A stretch of 32,000 bases of DNA from Candidatus Omnitrophota bacterium (lineage in GTDB: Bacteria > Omnitrophota > Gorgyraeia > Duberdicusellales > 4484-171): NCBI GenBank assembly GCA_021735045.1, contig JAIPHU010000002.1:75006-107005 (forward strand), written 5' to 3'. The first letter of the stretch is position 1. Each line of letters starts with the position of its first letter. Shown one piece after another: positions 1 to 7,653 of the stretch. The notes beneath the pieces were generated by a model. That model made no database searches. It was not told the DNA's origin and saw only the letters and a list, made by a program, of their open reading frames with translations. The position numbers were made by a program, and so were the translations under genes.

Positions 1-485
1 GATCAGTTGCTACTTCTATGGGGTTTACTCCCCTAGAAGGGTTGATGATGGGGACTCGCTGTGGTGATATTGATGTTGCTGCAATCTTTAATATAATGAG
101 AAAAGAGGGTTTGACTATTGACCAAACAGATAAAATTCTCAACAAAAAAAGTGGTTTTTTGGGAGTTTCCGGTATAAGCAATGACTTACGCAGTGTAGTT
201 AAAGCTGCTAAGGGAGGGAGCCAGCGAGCTAGGTTAGCTATTGATATTTTTATTAATCGCCTTAAAAAATATATTGGTGCATATTTATTTTATTTAGGCC
301 GAGCTGATGCAGTTTGTTTTACTGGTGGGATTGGCGAAAACAATCCTGATATGGTAAAATCTATAGAAAGAAAGATAAAAAATATTTTTCCGAAAACAAA
401 AGTATTAATTATTCCTACAGACGAAGAACTAATGATTGCTAAATTGACTTATCAGTTGTTTATAAAAAATAAGAGAGGAAAATAA
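1..485 (+). CDS. ackA: Acetate kinase, C-terminal part (5' end lies outside the window)
   Basis: The ORF runs from the window edge. The translation [18 protein letters not shown]...FTGGIGEN...[10 protein letters not shown] matches the conserved C-terminal ASKHA motifs of acetate kinase. Confidence 0.85.
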   Translation, partial: SVATSMGFTPLEGLMMGTRCGDIDVAAIFNIMRKEGLTIDQTDKILNKKSGFLGVSGISNDLRSVVKAAKGGSQRARLAIDIFINRLKKYIGAYLFYLGRADAVCFTGGIGENNPDMVKSIERKIKNIFPKTKVLIIPTDEELMIAKLTYQLFIKNKRGK

Positions 486-486
486 A

Positions 487-840
487 ATGTTGAGAGCAAT
501 GTTAAAATCAAAGATTAGTTACGCAACGGTAGTAGAATTAAAGTTATATTATAAAGGTAGTATCACCATAGACAAAGAGTTAATGGAAGCCGCAGATTTA
601 TATGAGGGAGAAAGAGTTGATGTTTTAAATTTAAATAATGGTGTTAGGCTGCAAACTTATGTTATTGCAGGCAAAAGAGGTAGTGGCAATATATGCTTAA
701 ATGGGCCAGCTGCCCGTCAGGGATACAAAGGAGATAAGATAATAATTATTTCTTATGGTTATTATAGCCAAGATGAGGCAAAACAATTATCAACTAAATT
801 TATTCAGGTAGATGATGAAAACAAAATTAAAAATACATAA
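487..840 (+). CDS. panD: Aspartate 1-decarboxylase proenzyme
   Basis: [10 protein letters not shown]...YYKGSITID has Gly24-Ser25 at the canonical self-cleavage position. The length (117 aa) is typical. A GAGAGGAAAA ribosome-binding region precedes the ATG. Confidence 0.9.
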   Translation: MLRAMLKSKISYATVVELKLYYKGSITIDKELMEAADLYEGERVDVLNLNNGVRLQTYVIAGKRGSGNICLNGPAARQGYKGDKIIIISYGYYSQDEAKQLSTKFIQVDDENKIKNT

Positions 841-1315
841 GTGGCCAGACAAAATACTTAAAAAGAAGTCCAAAGAAATTGAAAATCCGGATCAGGTCAT
901 AGCGGATATTTTAGATCAGATGTATGTTTTGATGAAAGCAACCGATGGAATTGGATTAGCTGCAAATCAAGTTGGTTTGGCTCTGCCGTTGATTGTTGTT
1001 GAGGTCCAAGGCAAGATTTATAAACTTATTAACCCCAAGATTATAAAAAGAGAAGGTTTTGTAGCTTTTAGGGAGGGTTGTTTAAGTTTTCCTGGTATTG
1101 AGTTAGAGATAAAAAGAAATAATAAAATTTGTGTTGAAGCACTAGACCAGAAAGGCAAGCCGGTTTGTTTTGAACCAGAAGGTATATCAGCTGTTGTTTT
1201 TCAGCATGAGATAGATCATATCAATGGAGTAACTTTTATTGATAGAGTTTCGCTTTGGAAAAGATTAAAGATTACCCCCCAGTTAAATAGAATTAAAAAC
1301 GGAAAAGTTAAGTGA
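812..1315 (+). CDS. def: Peptide deformylase
   Basis: The three deformylase motifs are present: [18 protein letters not shown] and [10 protein letters not shown]. The start overlaps the panD 3' end by 29 nt. Confidence 0.9.
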   Translation: MMKTKLKIHKWPDKILKKKSKEIENPDQVIADILDQMYVLMKATDGIGLAANQVGLALPLIVVEVQGKIYKLINPKIIKREGFVAFREGCLSFPGIELEIKRNNKICVEALDQKGKPVCFEPEGISAVVFQHEIDHINGVTFIDRVSLWKRLKITPQLNRIKNGKVK

Positions 1316-2244
1316 AAAAAGACCTAGATCTAATAATTGTTGGAGCAGGAATTGCAGGCGTTAATGCAGCTGTTTACGCAAAACGTTCCGGACTTAATTT
1401 TAAAATTTTTGAGTCAGGGTCCGTAGGCGGCCAGCTTTTTTATATGGAAAGAATCGATAACTACTTAGGTATTAAACTAGGAACCAAAGGAAGAGACTTA
1501 GCCAAGAGCTTAACGGAATCCTTATCTGGTTTAGATATTTCTCTAGATGGTCAAAGAGTAGATAAGATAAAACAACAAAAATATTTATTTGAAGTCTTAA
1601 CTGATAAAAGTAAATATGAAAGTAAAGCAATTATTGTAGCAACCGGATCATCATTTAAAAGATTAGGGCTTAAAAGTGAAACTAGATTTTCTGGTAAAGG
1701 GGTTTCTTATTGTGCGGTTTGTGATGGTTTTTTCTTTAAAGGTAAAGATGTAGCAGTTGTTGGTGGAGGAAATACTGCGGTTGAAGAGGCGCTTTATTTA
1801 TCTAATTTTGCAAAATCAGTAACTTTAATTCACAGGCGAGATAAATTAAGAGCTTTAGAGTATTTACAAAAAAGTCTTTATGAGAAAAATAATATTAATA
1901 TTATCTACAATCATACTATAAAAGAAATAGTCGGTGACCATAAAGTTAAAAGCTTAATTCTTGAAGAAACTACAAAGGGCAATAAAAAAGATTTAGTTTT
2001 AGACGGTTTATTTGTTGCTATAGGAGCATCTCCCAACACAGAGTTTTGTCAAGAACTTGTGTCTATTGATAAAAATGGTTTTATTATAACTGATGATAAG
2101 ATGAAAACTTCAAATAATTCTATTTGGGCTTGTGGAGATTGCAGAAGAAGGCCACTTAGACAATTAATCACCGCAGCTTCTGAAGGCGCAATTGCTTCAA
2201 TTGAAGTTTACAAATGCCTTCGTCAAAATTACTTGAGTGTGTAG
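1312..2244 (+). CDS. trxB: Thioredoxin-disulfide reductase
   Basis: A GTG start overlaps the def stop (GTGA). Supporting motifs are the GAGIAG FAD-binding motif, the redox-active CAVCDG, the GGGNTAVEEALYL NADPH motif and a C-terminal GD motif. Confidence 0.85.
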   Translation: MKKDLDLIIVGAGIAGVNAAVYAKRSGLNFKIFESGSVGGQLFYMERIDNYLGIKLGTKGRDLAKSLTESLSGLDISLDGQRVDKIKQQKYLFEVLTDKSKYESKAIIVATGSSFKRLGLKSETRFSGKGVSYCAVCDGFFFKGKDVAVVGGGNTAVEEALYLSNFAKSVTLIHRRDKLRALEYLQKSLYEKNNINIIYNHTIKEIVGDHKVKSLILEETTKGNKKDLVLDGLFVAIGASPNTEFCQELVSIDKNGFIITDDKMKTSNNSIWACGDCRRRPLRQLITAASEGAIASIEVYKCLRQNYLSV

Positions 2245-2304
2245 CGAGATAAGCTCTTGATTTCATCTCTTTTTAAGAATTAACTACAATATAGAGGGGG
2301 TTTT

Positions 2305-2775
2305 ATGTTACAGTTTATCATCGATGGTTACAACTTCGTACATAAAATACCTAAAATTAAAGATTCTTCAACACCTTGTTCAGACCTTCTTTTTCTTATT
2401 TACAAAAATAAATTAACTGGAAGTACCAACAATAGTGTCTGGGTTATTTTTGATGGAGGCCGTCCGCCTTATCCGATAAATAATTTTCAATATAAGGTTT
2501 TGTTTAGTGGAGGCGAGATTGCTGATAATTTAATAATCAAAAAAGTAAAACAAGTTAAAAATAAAAAGCAAATTTTAGTTGTAACTGATGACCGTCAGCT
2601 AGCTTATCGAGCTAAAACTCTGGGGGCAGGGGCTATTTCCGTTAATAAATTTATGTCAAAAGCAAAAAAGAGCCAAAAGAAAGAAAAAACAAAAGATATT
2701 AGTTACTCCCTGCAAAGAGAGATTACCGAAGAGTTGAAGAAAATTTGGTTAGATAAGGATAATCCTCAAACATGA
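2305..2775 (+). CDS. NYN-domain protein, YacP/Rae1-like putative ribonuclease
   Basis: The N-terminal IIDGYNFVHK motif and VVTDD later in the protein are typical of the YacP (DUF901) NYN family. A strong GAGGGGG Shine-Dalgarno sequence precedes the ATG. Confidence 0.6.
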   Translation: MLQFIIDGYNFVHKIPKIKDSSTPCSDLLFLIYKNKLTGSTNNSVWVIFDGGRPPYPINNFQYKVLFSGGEIADNLIIKKVKQVKNKKQILVVTDDRQLAYRAKTLGAGAISVNKFMSKAKKSQKKEKTKDISYSLQREITEELKKIWLDKDNPQT

Positions 2776-2790
2776 GGTATCTACAAGAAA

Positions 2791-2877
2791 TACGTTCGTA
2801 TCTCATCTACGAATTTACTAATCTATACGAATTTACGAATTTTTATATCTTATTCGTATATTCGTAAAAGATTCGTA
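2791..2877. repeat. Array of 7 copies of the hexamer TACGAA/TTCGTA (3 forward TACGAAT, 3 reverse ATTCGTA, plus one extra TTCGTA)
   Basis: Read directly from the sequence: TTCGTA 2795-2800; TACGAAT 2808-2814, 2826-2832, 2834-2840; ATTCGTA 2852-2858, 2860-2866, 2871-2877. The copies can form nested hairpins. Confidence 0.85.
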
Positions 2878-2904
2878 ATTTGTTGATAATATTGTTTTAA
2901 TAAT

Positions 2905-3675
2905 ATGGGAAAAGATAGCAATTTTATAAAGTTTCTTGGCACTGCTGGAGCCCGTTTTGTAATGATTAAGCAGCTTCGTTCTTCAGCCGGGATTTGGCTT
3001 AACTATAATTCAACCAATATTTTAATTGATCCTGGTCCTGGATGTTTAGTTCGGTGCCATAAAAGCCGGCCTAAGCTTGATCCTTCTAAACTTGATGGGA
3101 TAATTTTAACTCATAAGCATCTAGATCATTCGGGTGATATAAATGTAATGATTGAAGCTATGACCGAAGGAGGGTTTAGGAAAAAGGGCAAGTTATTTTT
3201 ACCTTCCGATGCATTAGGAAAAGATGGTGTAATTTTTAACTACCTCAAAGAGAAAGTAAAAAGAATCGAGAAGTTGAAGAAGAAAGAGTTTGTGGCTAAA
3301 GATATAAAATTTTCTGTACCTATACAAAATAAGCATTCTGTAGAAACTTATGGCCTAAAATTCTATTTAGGCAAAGAAGTGGTTGCTTATGTTTCTGATA
3401 CAAAAAATTTTAATAAATTGATTAAAGCTTATTCTGATGCAACAGTTTTAATACTTAATGTTGTTTTTTTTAAGGCTAGGTTTGATTATGATCATCTTTC
3501 TCTTCCTGAAGCAGTTAATCTAGTTAAACAGATAAAACCTAAAAAGGCAATCTTTACTCATTTTGGGATCTCTATCTTAAAGAAGAAGCCTCATCTTTTA
3601 GAAGAAAAAATAAAAAAAGAAACAGGGCTGAATATAAGTTTTGCTTATGATGGGATGAGTGTTGACATCAAATAA
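2905..3675 (+). CDS. Metallo-beta-lactamase-fold hydrolase (RNase Z/PhnP-like N-terminus)
   Basis: The HKHLDHSGD (HxHxDH) zinc motif and the N-terminal FLGTAGA motif are shared with the RNase Z/PhnP branch. No obvious Shine-Dalgarno sequence is present. Confidence 0.75.
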   Translation: MGKDSNFIKFLGTAGARFVMIKQLRSSAGIWLNYNSTNILIDPGPGCLVRCHKSRPKLDPSKLDGIILTHKHLDHSGDINVMIEAMTEGGFRKKGKLFLPSDALGKDGVIFNYLKEKVKRIEKLKKKEFVAKDIKFSVPIQNKHSVETYGLKFYLGKEVVAYVSDTKNFNKLIKAYSDATVLILNVVFFKARFDYDHLSLPEAVNLVKQIKPKKAIFTHFGISILKKKPHLLEEKIKKETGLNISFAYDGMSVDIK

Positions 3676-3689
3676 ATATCAAGTAGAAT
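3662..3689 (+). promoter_or_regulatory. Sigma70-type promoter candidate for tRNA-Glu
   Basis: TTGACA (3662-3667), a 16-nt spacer, then TAGAAT (3684-3689). The element ends 23 nt upstream of the tRNA 5' end. Confidence 0.45.
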
Positions 3690-3712
3690 ACTTTTCCAGC
3701 ATACACGTATCT

Positions 3713-3787
3713 GGCCCCATCGTCTAGTCTGGTCTAGGACAGGTGGTTCTCAGCCATCAGACACCGGTTCGAATCCGGTTGGGGCTA
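3713..3787 (+). tRNA. tRNA-Glu (anticodon CUC)
   Basis: A hand-folded cloverleaf fits: acceptor GGCCCCA/TGGGGCT (G1-U72 wobble), D arm GTCT..AGGAC, anticodon stem GGTGG/CCATC with loop TTCTCAG, T arm ACCGG-TTCGAAT-CCGGT and discriminator A. No CCA is encoded. Confidence 0.9.
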
Positions 3788-3988
3788 TTATTTTTCGATG
3801 ATTTTTACAAGTAGAAAAGCTATGCAGTAAAAACAAATACAGATAAGCCCAACAAGCACTATAAGAAGATTAGTTAAAGAGCTCCCGCTTTTATGGGCCG
3901 CGTAGAGACCGCTAGCGATTAAAACCACTCCAAAAAACCAGGGTGAGCCTAGAATTACAAACTTTTCAAATTTAGTTAATTTTGCCAT
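3788..3988 (-). CDS. Small membrane protein, 66 aa, two predicted TM helices (peptide A)
   Basis: The ORF has an AAGAGG Shine-Dalgarno sequence 7 nt upstream of the ATG. Two hydrophobic stretches are present. Its stop abuts the tRNA 3' end. No family was recognised. Confidence 0.5.
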   Translation of the reverse strand: MAKLTKFEKFVILGSPWFFGVVLIASGLYAAHKSGSSLTNLLIVLVGLICICFYCIAFLLVKIIEK

Positions 3989-4000
3989 AGTTTAACCTCT

Positions 4001-4087
4001 TTATTTTTGTTTACCTCGGACAATAAGAAGAATAGCGATAACTATTATAATAATAACTATCATAATAGTTTGTATACCTACACTCAT
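4001..4087 (-). CDS. Small hydrophobic peptide, 28 aa (MSVGIQTIMIVIIIIVIAILLIVRGKQK), not in the ORF track (peptide B)
   Basis: Translated by hand. A perfect AGGAGG sits 4 nt upstream of the ATG (cttAGGAGGtcaaATG on the minus strand). Its TAA stop lies immediately before the Shine-Dalgarno sequence of peptide A, which suggests a bicistronic unit. Confidence 0.45.
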   Translation of the reverse strand: MSVGIQTIMIVIIIIVIAILLIVRGKQK

Positions 4088-4177
4088 TTGACCTCCTAAG
4101 TTAATTAGGTTATCATCTAAACCAGCTTATCATTATTTTCTAAGAGATGCAATGATAAATAGATATTTTAAAAAAAG

Positions 4178-4270
4178 TTAGTTTTTTTTCTGGGAGTCTT
4201 CAGGTAAGTTTAACACAATAAGAATTGCTATAGAGATTATTAGCCAAAACCAGGGAGAATTAACTATCAT
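4178..4270 (-). CDS. Small hydrophobic peptide, 30 aa (MIVNSPWFWLIISIAILIVLNLPEDSQKKN), not in the ORF track (peptide C)
   Basis: Translated by hand. It shares an SPWF + hydrophobic helix motif with peptide A (GSPWFFGVVLIAS). No clear Shine-Dalgarno sequence is present. Confidence 0.3.
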   Translation of the reverse strand: MIVNSPWFWLIISIAILIVLNLPEDSQKKN

Positions 4271-4353
4271 ACGATTATTTTATCGGTTATTTTTTAAGTA
4301 TTCAAGGGGGTAGAGGTCAAATCATGAAATCGTTTACACAAGCTCTAATTAGC

Positions 4354-4381
4354 TTGGATTTTAAAAGATATATGATATAAT
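4354..4381 (+). promoter_or_regulatory. Promoter candidate for hisF (extended -10)
   Basis: TTGGAT (4354-4359), a 16-nt spacer, then TGaTATAAT (TG 4373-4374, TATAAT 4376-4381). The element ends 26 nt upstream of the hisF ATG. Confidence 0.45.
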
Positions 4382-4407
4382 TTATTCTCTTTTAGGAGAT
4401 TATAAAT

Positions 4408-5193
4408 ATGCTTGCAAAACGAATAATACCTTGTTTAGATATCCAAAACAGCCGAGTAGTTAAAGGGGTTAATTTTGTTGATTTAAAAGATGCCGGGGAT
4501 CCGGTGGAAAATGCAAAAATTTACCAAAAAGAAGGGGCTGATGAACTGGTTTTTTTAGATATTACGGCTAGTCTTCAAAAGCGAAAAACGGTTATTGAGC
4601 TAGTAAAAAAGGTATCCAAAGTAGTCTTTATGCCTTTTACTGTAGGCGGCGGCATAAAAAGCAATGAAGATATAAGAGAGATCCTTTTAGCTGGAGCAGA
4701 TAAGGTGTCAATCAACAGTTCAGCAGTAAAACGGCCAAAGATGATAACTGAAGCGTCAAATATTTTTGGCAGTCAGTGCATTGTGGTTGCTATAGACGCA
4801 AAGCGCAAAGCGCAAAGCGCAGAGCGCGAAAACACAAGTTGGGAAGTTTATACCCACGGGGGAAGAAAGCCAACAGGAATAGATGCTATTGGTTGGGCAA
4901 AAAAAGCAGAATCTTTAGGAGCAGGTGAGATACTTTTAACTAGCATGAACTGTGATGGTACAAAAAAAGGATTTGATATCTCTTTGACTAAAGCAATCTC
5001 TGAAGCTGTTAATATTCCAGTTATTGCTTCCGGAGGTGCTGGGAATATAGATCATTTTTCTGATCTTTTTAAAAAAACCAAAGCTACTGCAGCTCTGGCT
5101 GCATCTATATTTCATTATAGAGAAATTAGTATCGGCCAAATAAAGAAAAAATTAAACCAAGAAAAAATAAAAGTACGACTGGAAAACAATTAG
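4408..5193 (+). CDS. hisF: Imidazole glycerol phosphate synthase, cyclase subunit
   Basis: [12 protein letters not shown]...VVKG start, [26 protein letters not shown] and ASGGAG are all characteristic HisF motifs. An AGGAG Shine-Dalgarno sequence is present. Confidence 0.92.
   Translation: MLAKRIIPCLDIQNSRVVKGVNFVDLKDAGDPVENAKIYQKEGADELVFLDITASLQKRKTVIELVKKVSKVVFMPFTVGGGIKSNEDIREILLAGADKVSINSSAVKRPKMITEASNIFGSQCIVVAIDAKRKAQSAERENTSWEVYTHGGRKPTGIDAIGWAKKAESLGAGEILLTSMNCDGTKKGFDISLTKAISEAVNIPVIASGGAGNIDHFSDLFKKTKATAALAASIFHYREISIGQIKKKLNQEKIKVRLENN
4801..4828 (+). repeat. Tandem heptanucleotide repeat (AAGCGCA x3 plus GAGCGCG) inside hisF
   Basis: Read directly: aagcgca aagcgca aagcgca gagcgcg. 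It forms a GC-rich island that encodes the loop KRKAQSAER. Confidence 0.9.
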
Positions 5194-5202
5194 GAGGTGG
5201 CC

Positions 5203-5544
5203 ATGAATAAAGAAAATAATAATCAGCTAGATGTTTCTGAATTGAAATTTAACGAAAAAGGGCTTATTCCAGCAATAGTCCAAGATGAAAAATCTGGTGA
5301 TGTATTGATGATCGCGTATATGAATAAAGAATCAGTTCAAATTACTCTTGATGAAAAAAGAACATGTTTTTACTCACGTTCACGTCAAAAACTATGGAGA
5401 AAGGGAGAAACCAGCGGACATATTCAAAAAGTAAAAAGTATTTATTATGATTGTGACAAAGATGCGTTACTAGTTATCGTTGATCAAGAAGGGGGAGCTT
5501 GTCATACCGGTAATTGGAGCTGTTTTTATCGAAAGTTGATATAA
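5203..5544 (+). CDS. hisI: Phosphoribosyl-AMP cyclohydrolase
   Basis: [17 protein letters not shown] and [12 protein letters not shown] motifs are present. I prefer the ATG at 5203, with AGGAGG (5192-5197) 5 nt upstream, over the GTG at 5197 used in the ORF track. Confidence 0.88.
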   Translation: MNKENNNQLDVSELKFNEKGLIPAIVQDEKSGDVLMIAYMNKESVQITLDEKRTCFYSRSRQKLWRKGETSGHIQKVKSIYYDCDKDALLVIVDQEGGACHTGNWSCFYRKLI

Positions 5545-5554
5545 AAGGTAAAAG

Positions 5555-7039
5555 ATGGGTATAAAAATTAATCCTGGTTCAGGAGATTTTAAAAAGTTAG
5601 CTAAGAAAAATAACTTAATAGTTTTATCTTATAAGTTTTACTCGGATTGGTTTACGCCGATCGCAGCTTATTATAGTTTAAAAAATAAGATAAAAAGTGA
5701 CAGTTTTTTGCTTGAGTCGGTGGAGGGCCAAGAAAAGGTTTGCCGTTATTCATTTTTAGGGTTTACGCCCCTTGCCACTTTTAAAACCAAAAAAGATAAG
5801 GTTTATGTAAAAACTGACAAAGGCTCAACTATTTTTAAGATAAAAGATGATCCATTAGGCCAGCTAAAGAAGCTAATGGGTAGTTATAAGGTTGCTCCTA
5901 AAGAAAATCTACGTTTTTTTGGCGGTTTTGTTGGTTATCTTGGCTATGATTTGGTCAGATTTTATGAACCTGTGGGCAAAGAGCTAAAAGATAAGATATC
6001 AACATTTGATTCTTACCTCGTTTTACCAAAATATTTAATTATATTTGACCATTTAAAAAAACAAGTTGAAATTCTTAATTTTATATCCATTGATAAAAAA
6101 AATAGTTTAGATAAAACTTATAAAACAGGGGTTGAAAAAATTGCAAAACTATATAATCAGATGATCAGTATAAAACCTTTGCCTAAATTGAATTTTGTTA
6201 AAAAGAATATAAAAATGAAATCAAACTTTAAAAAGGCTGATTTTATAAAAGCAATAAAAAAAGTTAAAAAACATATAAAAGAAGGCGATATAATTCAGAC
6301 GGTTATCTCGCAAAGATTTAAAAGTAATTTTTCTAAAGATCCGTTTTTAGCTTACCGGTATTTACGAATTCTAAATCCATCTCCTTACATGTTCTACCTT
6401 AACTTCGGCAAGCTAAAGCTGGCTGGATCTTCGCCTGAGATGTTGCTTAGAGCTGAAAAAAAACAGCTAATCACCCATCCCATCGCCGGCACCAGGCCCC
6501 GGGGTAAAAATGAAGCTCAAGACCAAAAGTTAAGAGAGTCGTTACTTTCTGATAAAAAAGAAAGGGCTGAACATATAATGCTGGTTGATTTAGCCAGAAA
6601 TGATTTAGGGAGAGTTGCCGAAAAAAGGACAGTAAATTTACCTGTTTTTATGAATGTGGAAAAATTTTCCCATGTTATGCATATTGTAAGTGAAGTCAGG
6701 GCGAAAATGAAAAAAGGACAAAATTTATTTTCTGCTTTAGGTAGCTGTTTTCCTGCTGGTACTGTAAGTGGAGCTCCTAAGGTAAGAGCCATGCAGATAA
6801 TAAATAAGCTTGAACCAGATAGAAGAGGTGTGTATGCAGGATCTGTAGGATATTTTTCCTTCACAAATAGCCTAGATACCTGTATAATAATCCGGACTAT
6901 TTTATTTAAAGAAAATAAAGCATATATTCAAGCTGGTGCCGGTATTGTAGCTGATTCTGTACCAGAGCATGAATATAAAGAGACTATCAGTAAGGCTAAA
7001 GCTCAAGTTAAAGCTTTAGAGTTGGCCAAAGGTAATTAA
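5555..7039 (+). CDS. trpE: Anthranilate synthase component I
   Basis: The LLES motif (FLLESVEG) of the Trp-feedback site, NPSPYMFYL, GTRPRG, GAPKVRAM and GAGIVADS are present. It could alternatively be PabB, but the LLES motif favours TrpE. Confidence 0.8.
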   Translation: MGIKINPGSGDFKKLAKKNNLIVLSYKFYSDWFTPIAAYYSLKNKIKSDSFLLESVEGQEKVCRYSFLGFTPLATFKTKKDKVYVKTDKGSTIFKIKDDPLGQLKKLMGSYKVAPKENLRFFGGFVGYLGYDLVRFYEPVGKELKDKISTFDSYLVLPKYLIIFDHLKKQVEILNFISIDKKNSLDKTYKTGVEKIAKLYNQMISIKPLPKLNFVKKNIKMKSNFKKADFIKAIKKVKKHIKEGDIIQTVISQRFKSNFSKDPFLAYRYLRILNPSPYMFYLNFGKLKLAGSSPEMLLRAEKKQLITHPIAGTRPRGKNEAQDQKLRESLLSDKKERAEHIMLVDLARNDLGRVAEKRTVNLPVFMNVEKFSHVMHIVSEVRAKMKKGQNLFSALGSCFPAGTVSGAPKVRAMQIINKLEPDRRGVYAGSVGYFSFTNSLDTCIIIRTILFKENKAYIQAGAGIVADSVPEHEYKETISKAKAQVKALELAKGN

Positions 7040-7064
7040 TTTATTAAATAATTGAGGAGGAAAA

Positions 7065-7625
7065 ATGCTAAAGATAAGGTTAAGGCGCCCGGGTAAGTCG
7101 ATTAAGGGCAGGACACACCAGAAAATTGTCGTAACTGAAAGGAGCTGGGCCAGAGAATCCAGATTTATTGATCAAATTGGTTATTATGATCCAGGTAGAG
7201 ACCTGCTTCATATCGATACTGATAAATATAAAGATTGGCTTAAAAAGGGAGCTCAACCTTCTGAGACAGTCGCTAGTTTGTTTAAAAATTATGGAAAACC
7301 GAAAAAAGTAAAAAAGAAAAAACAACCAAAACAAGAAAAAGCTGCACCCACAGAAGCAGAGAAGGACAAAGAAACACCGAAGGAAGAAGCTGTAACTACC
7401 GAAACAGAGAAAAGTGCTAGAACAGAGAAAAAAACAGCGACCGAAGAGAGCCTCGACCGAAGCGCCGAGAAAGAAAAACCCGACGAGAAAAAAGAGACAG
7501 AAACAGAAGAAAAGGATAAAGACAAAGGAGAAGAGCCAAAAGAGCAAAAAGATAAAGAAGAACCTAAAGAAGAACCTAAAGAAGAACCTAAAGAAGAACC
7601 TAAAGAAGACAATAAACCTAACTAA
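7065..7625 (+). CDS. rpsP: 30S ribosomal protein S16 with a long K/E/P-rich C-terminal extension
   Basis: The N-terminal MLKIRLRRPG...IDQIGYYDP is the bS16 core. A strong GAGGAGG Shine-Dalgarno sequence is present. Residues from about 80 to 186 are low-complexity. Confidence 0.85.
   Translation: MLKIRLRRPGKSIKGRTHQKIVVTERSWARESRFIDQIGYYDPGRDLLHIDTDKYKDWLKKGAQPSETVASLFKNYGKPKKVKKKKQPKQEKAAPTEAEKDKETPKEEAVTTETEKSARTEKKTATEESLDRSAEKEKPDEKKETETEEKDKDKGEEPKEQKDKEEPKEEPKEEPKEEPKEDNKPN
7557..7604 (+). repeat. Perfect 12-nt tandem repeat (GAAGAACCTAAA x4) encoding (EEPK)4 in the S16 tail
   Basis: Read directly from the sequence. Confidence 0.95.
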
Positions 7626-7653
7626 AATTATAATTTAACCATTGGAGGTTATT

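Noticed and set aside
2245-2304. A hairpin GAGAT-(14 nt)-ATCTC followed by TTTTT after trxB, considered as an intrinsic terminator.
   Set aside because: The stem is only 5 bp and AT-rich with a large loop. It is too weak to call with confidence.
2791-2877. A CRISPR array or tandem satellite as the interpretation of the TACGAAT repeats.
   Set aside because: The units are only 7 nt with irregular 1-12-nt spacing and mixed orientation. There are no cas genes. The array is reported as a palindromic or operator-like element instead.
4324-4380. An 18-codon upstream ORF (MKSFTQALISLDFKRYMI) with a GAGG-like Shine-Dalgarno sequence lies just before hisF and could be a his leader peptide.
   Set aside because: It contains no histidine codons and no obvious terminator/antiterminator pairings follow. 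It also overlaps the better-supported hisF promoter (TTGGAT-16-TGaTATAAT), so it would lie mostly upstream of the transcript.
4936-5139. An antisense ORF lies within hisF. Similar antisense or alternate-frame ORFs occur at 6517-6864, 8791-9030, 10421-10651, 11116-11421, 16776-17018, 18443-18643, 18796-19092, 19965-20177, 20218-20451, 20570-20812, 24586-24774, 25957-26178, 29785-30009 and 30780-30992.
   Set aside because: Each is fully embedded in a well-supported gene with recognisable family motifs. None has a Shine-Dalgarno sequence or recognisable motifs, and their composition mirrors the opposite strand of real genes.
7080-7638. Three long ORFs (7080-7547 minus, 7289-7612 minus, 7414-7638 plus) overlap the rpsP tail.
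   Set aside because: They are by-products of the purine-rich, low-complexity repeat region that encodes the S16 extension. Their translations are monotonous (poly-F/S/L or KKNL repeats). They have no start context.
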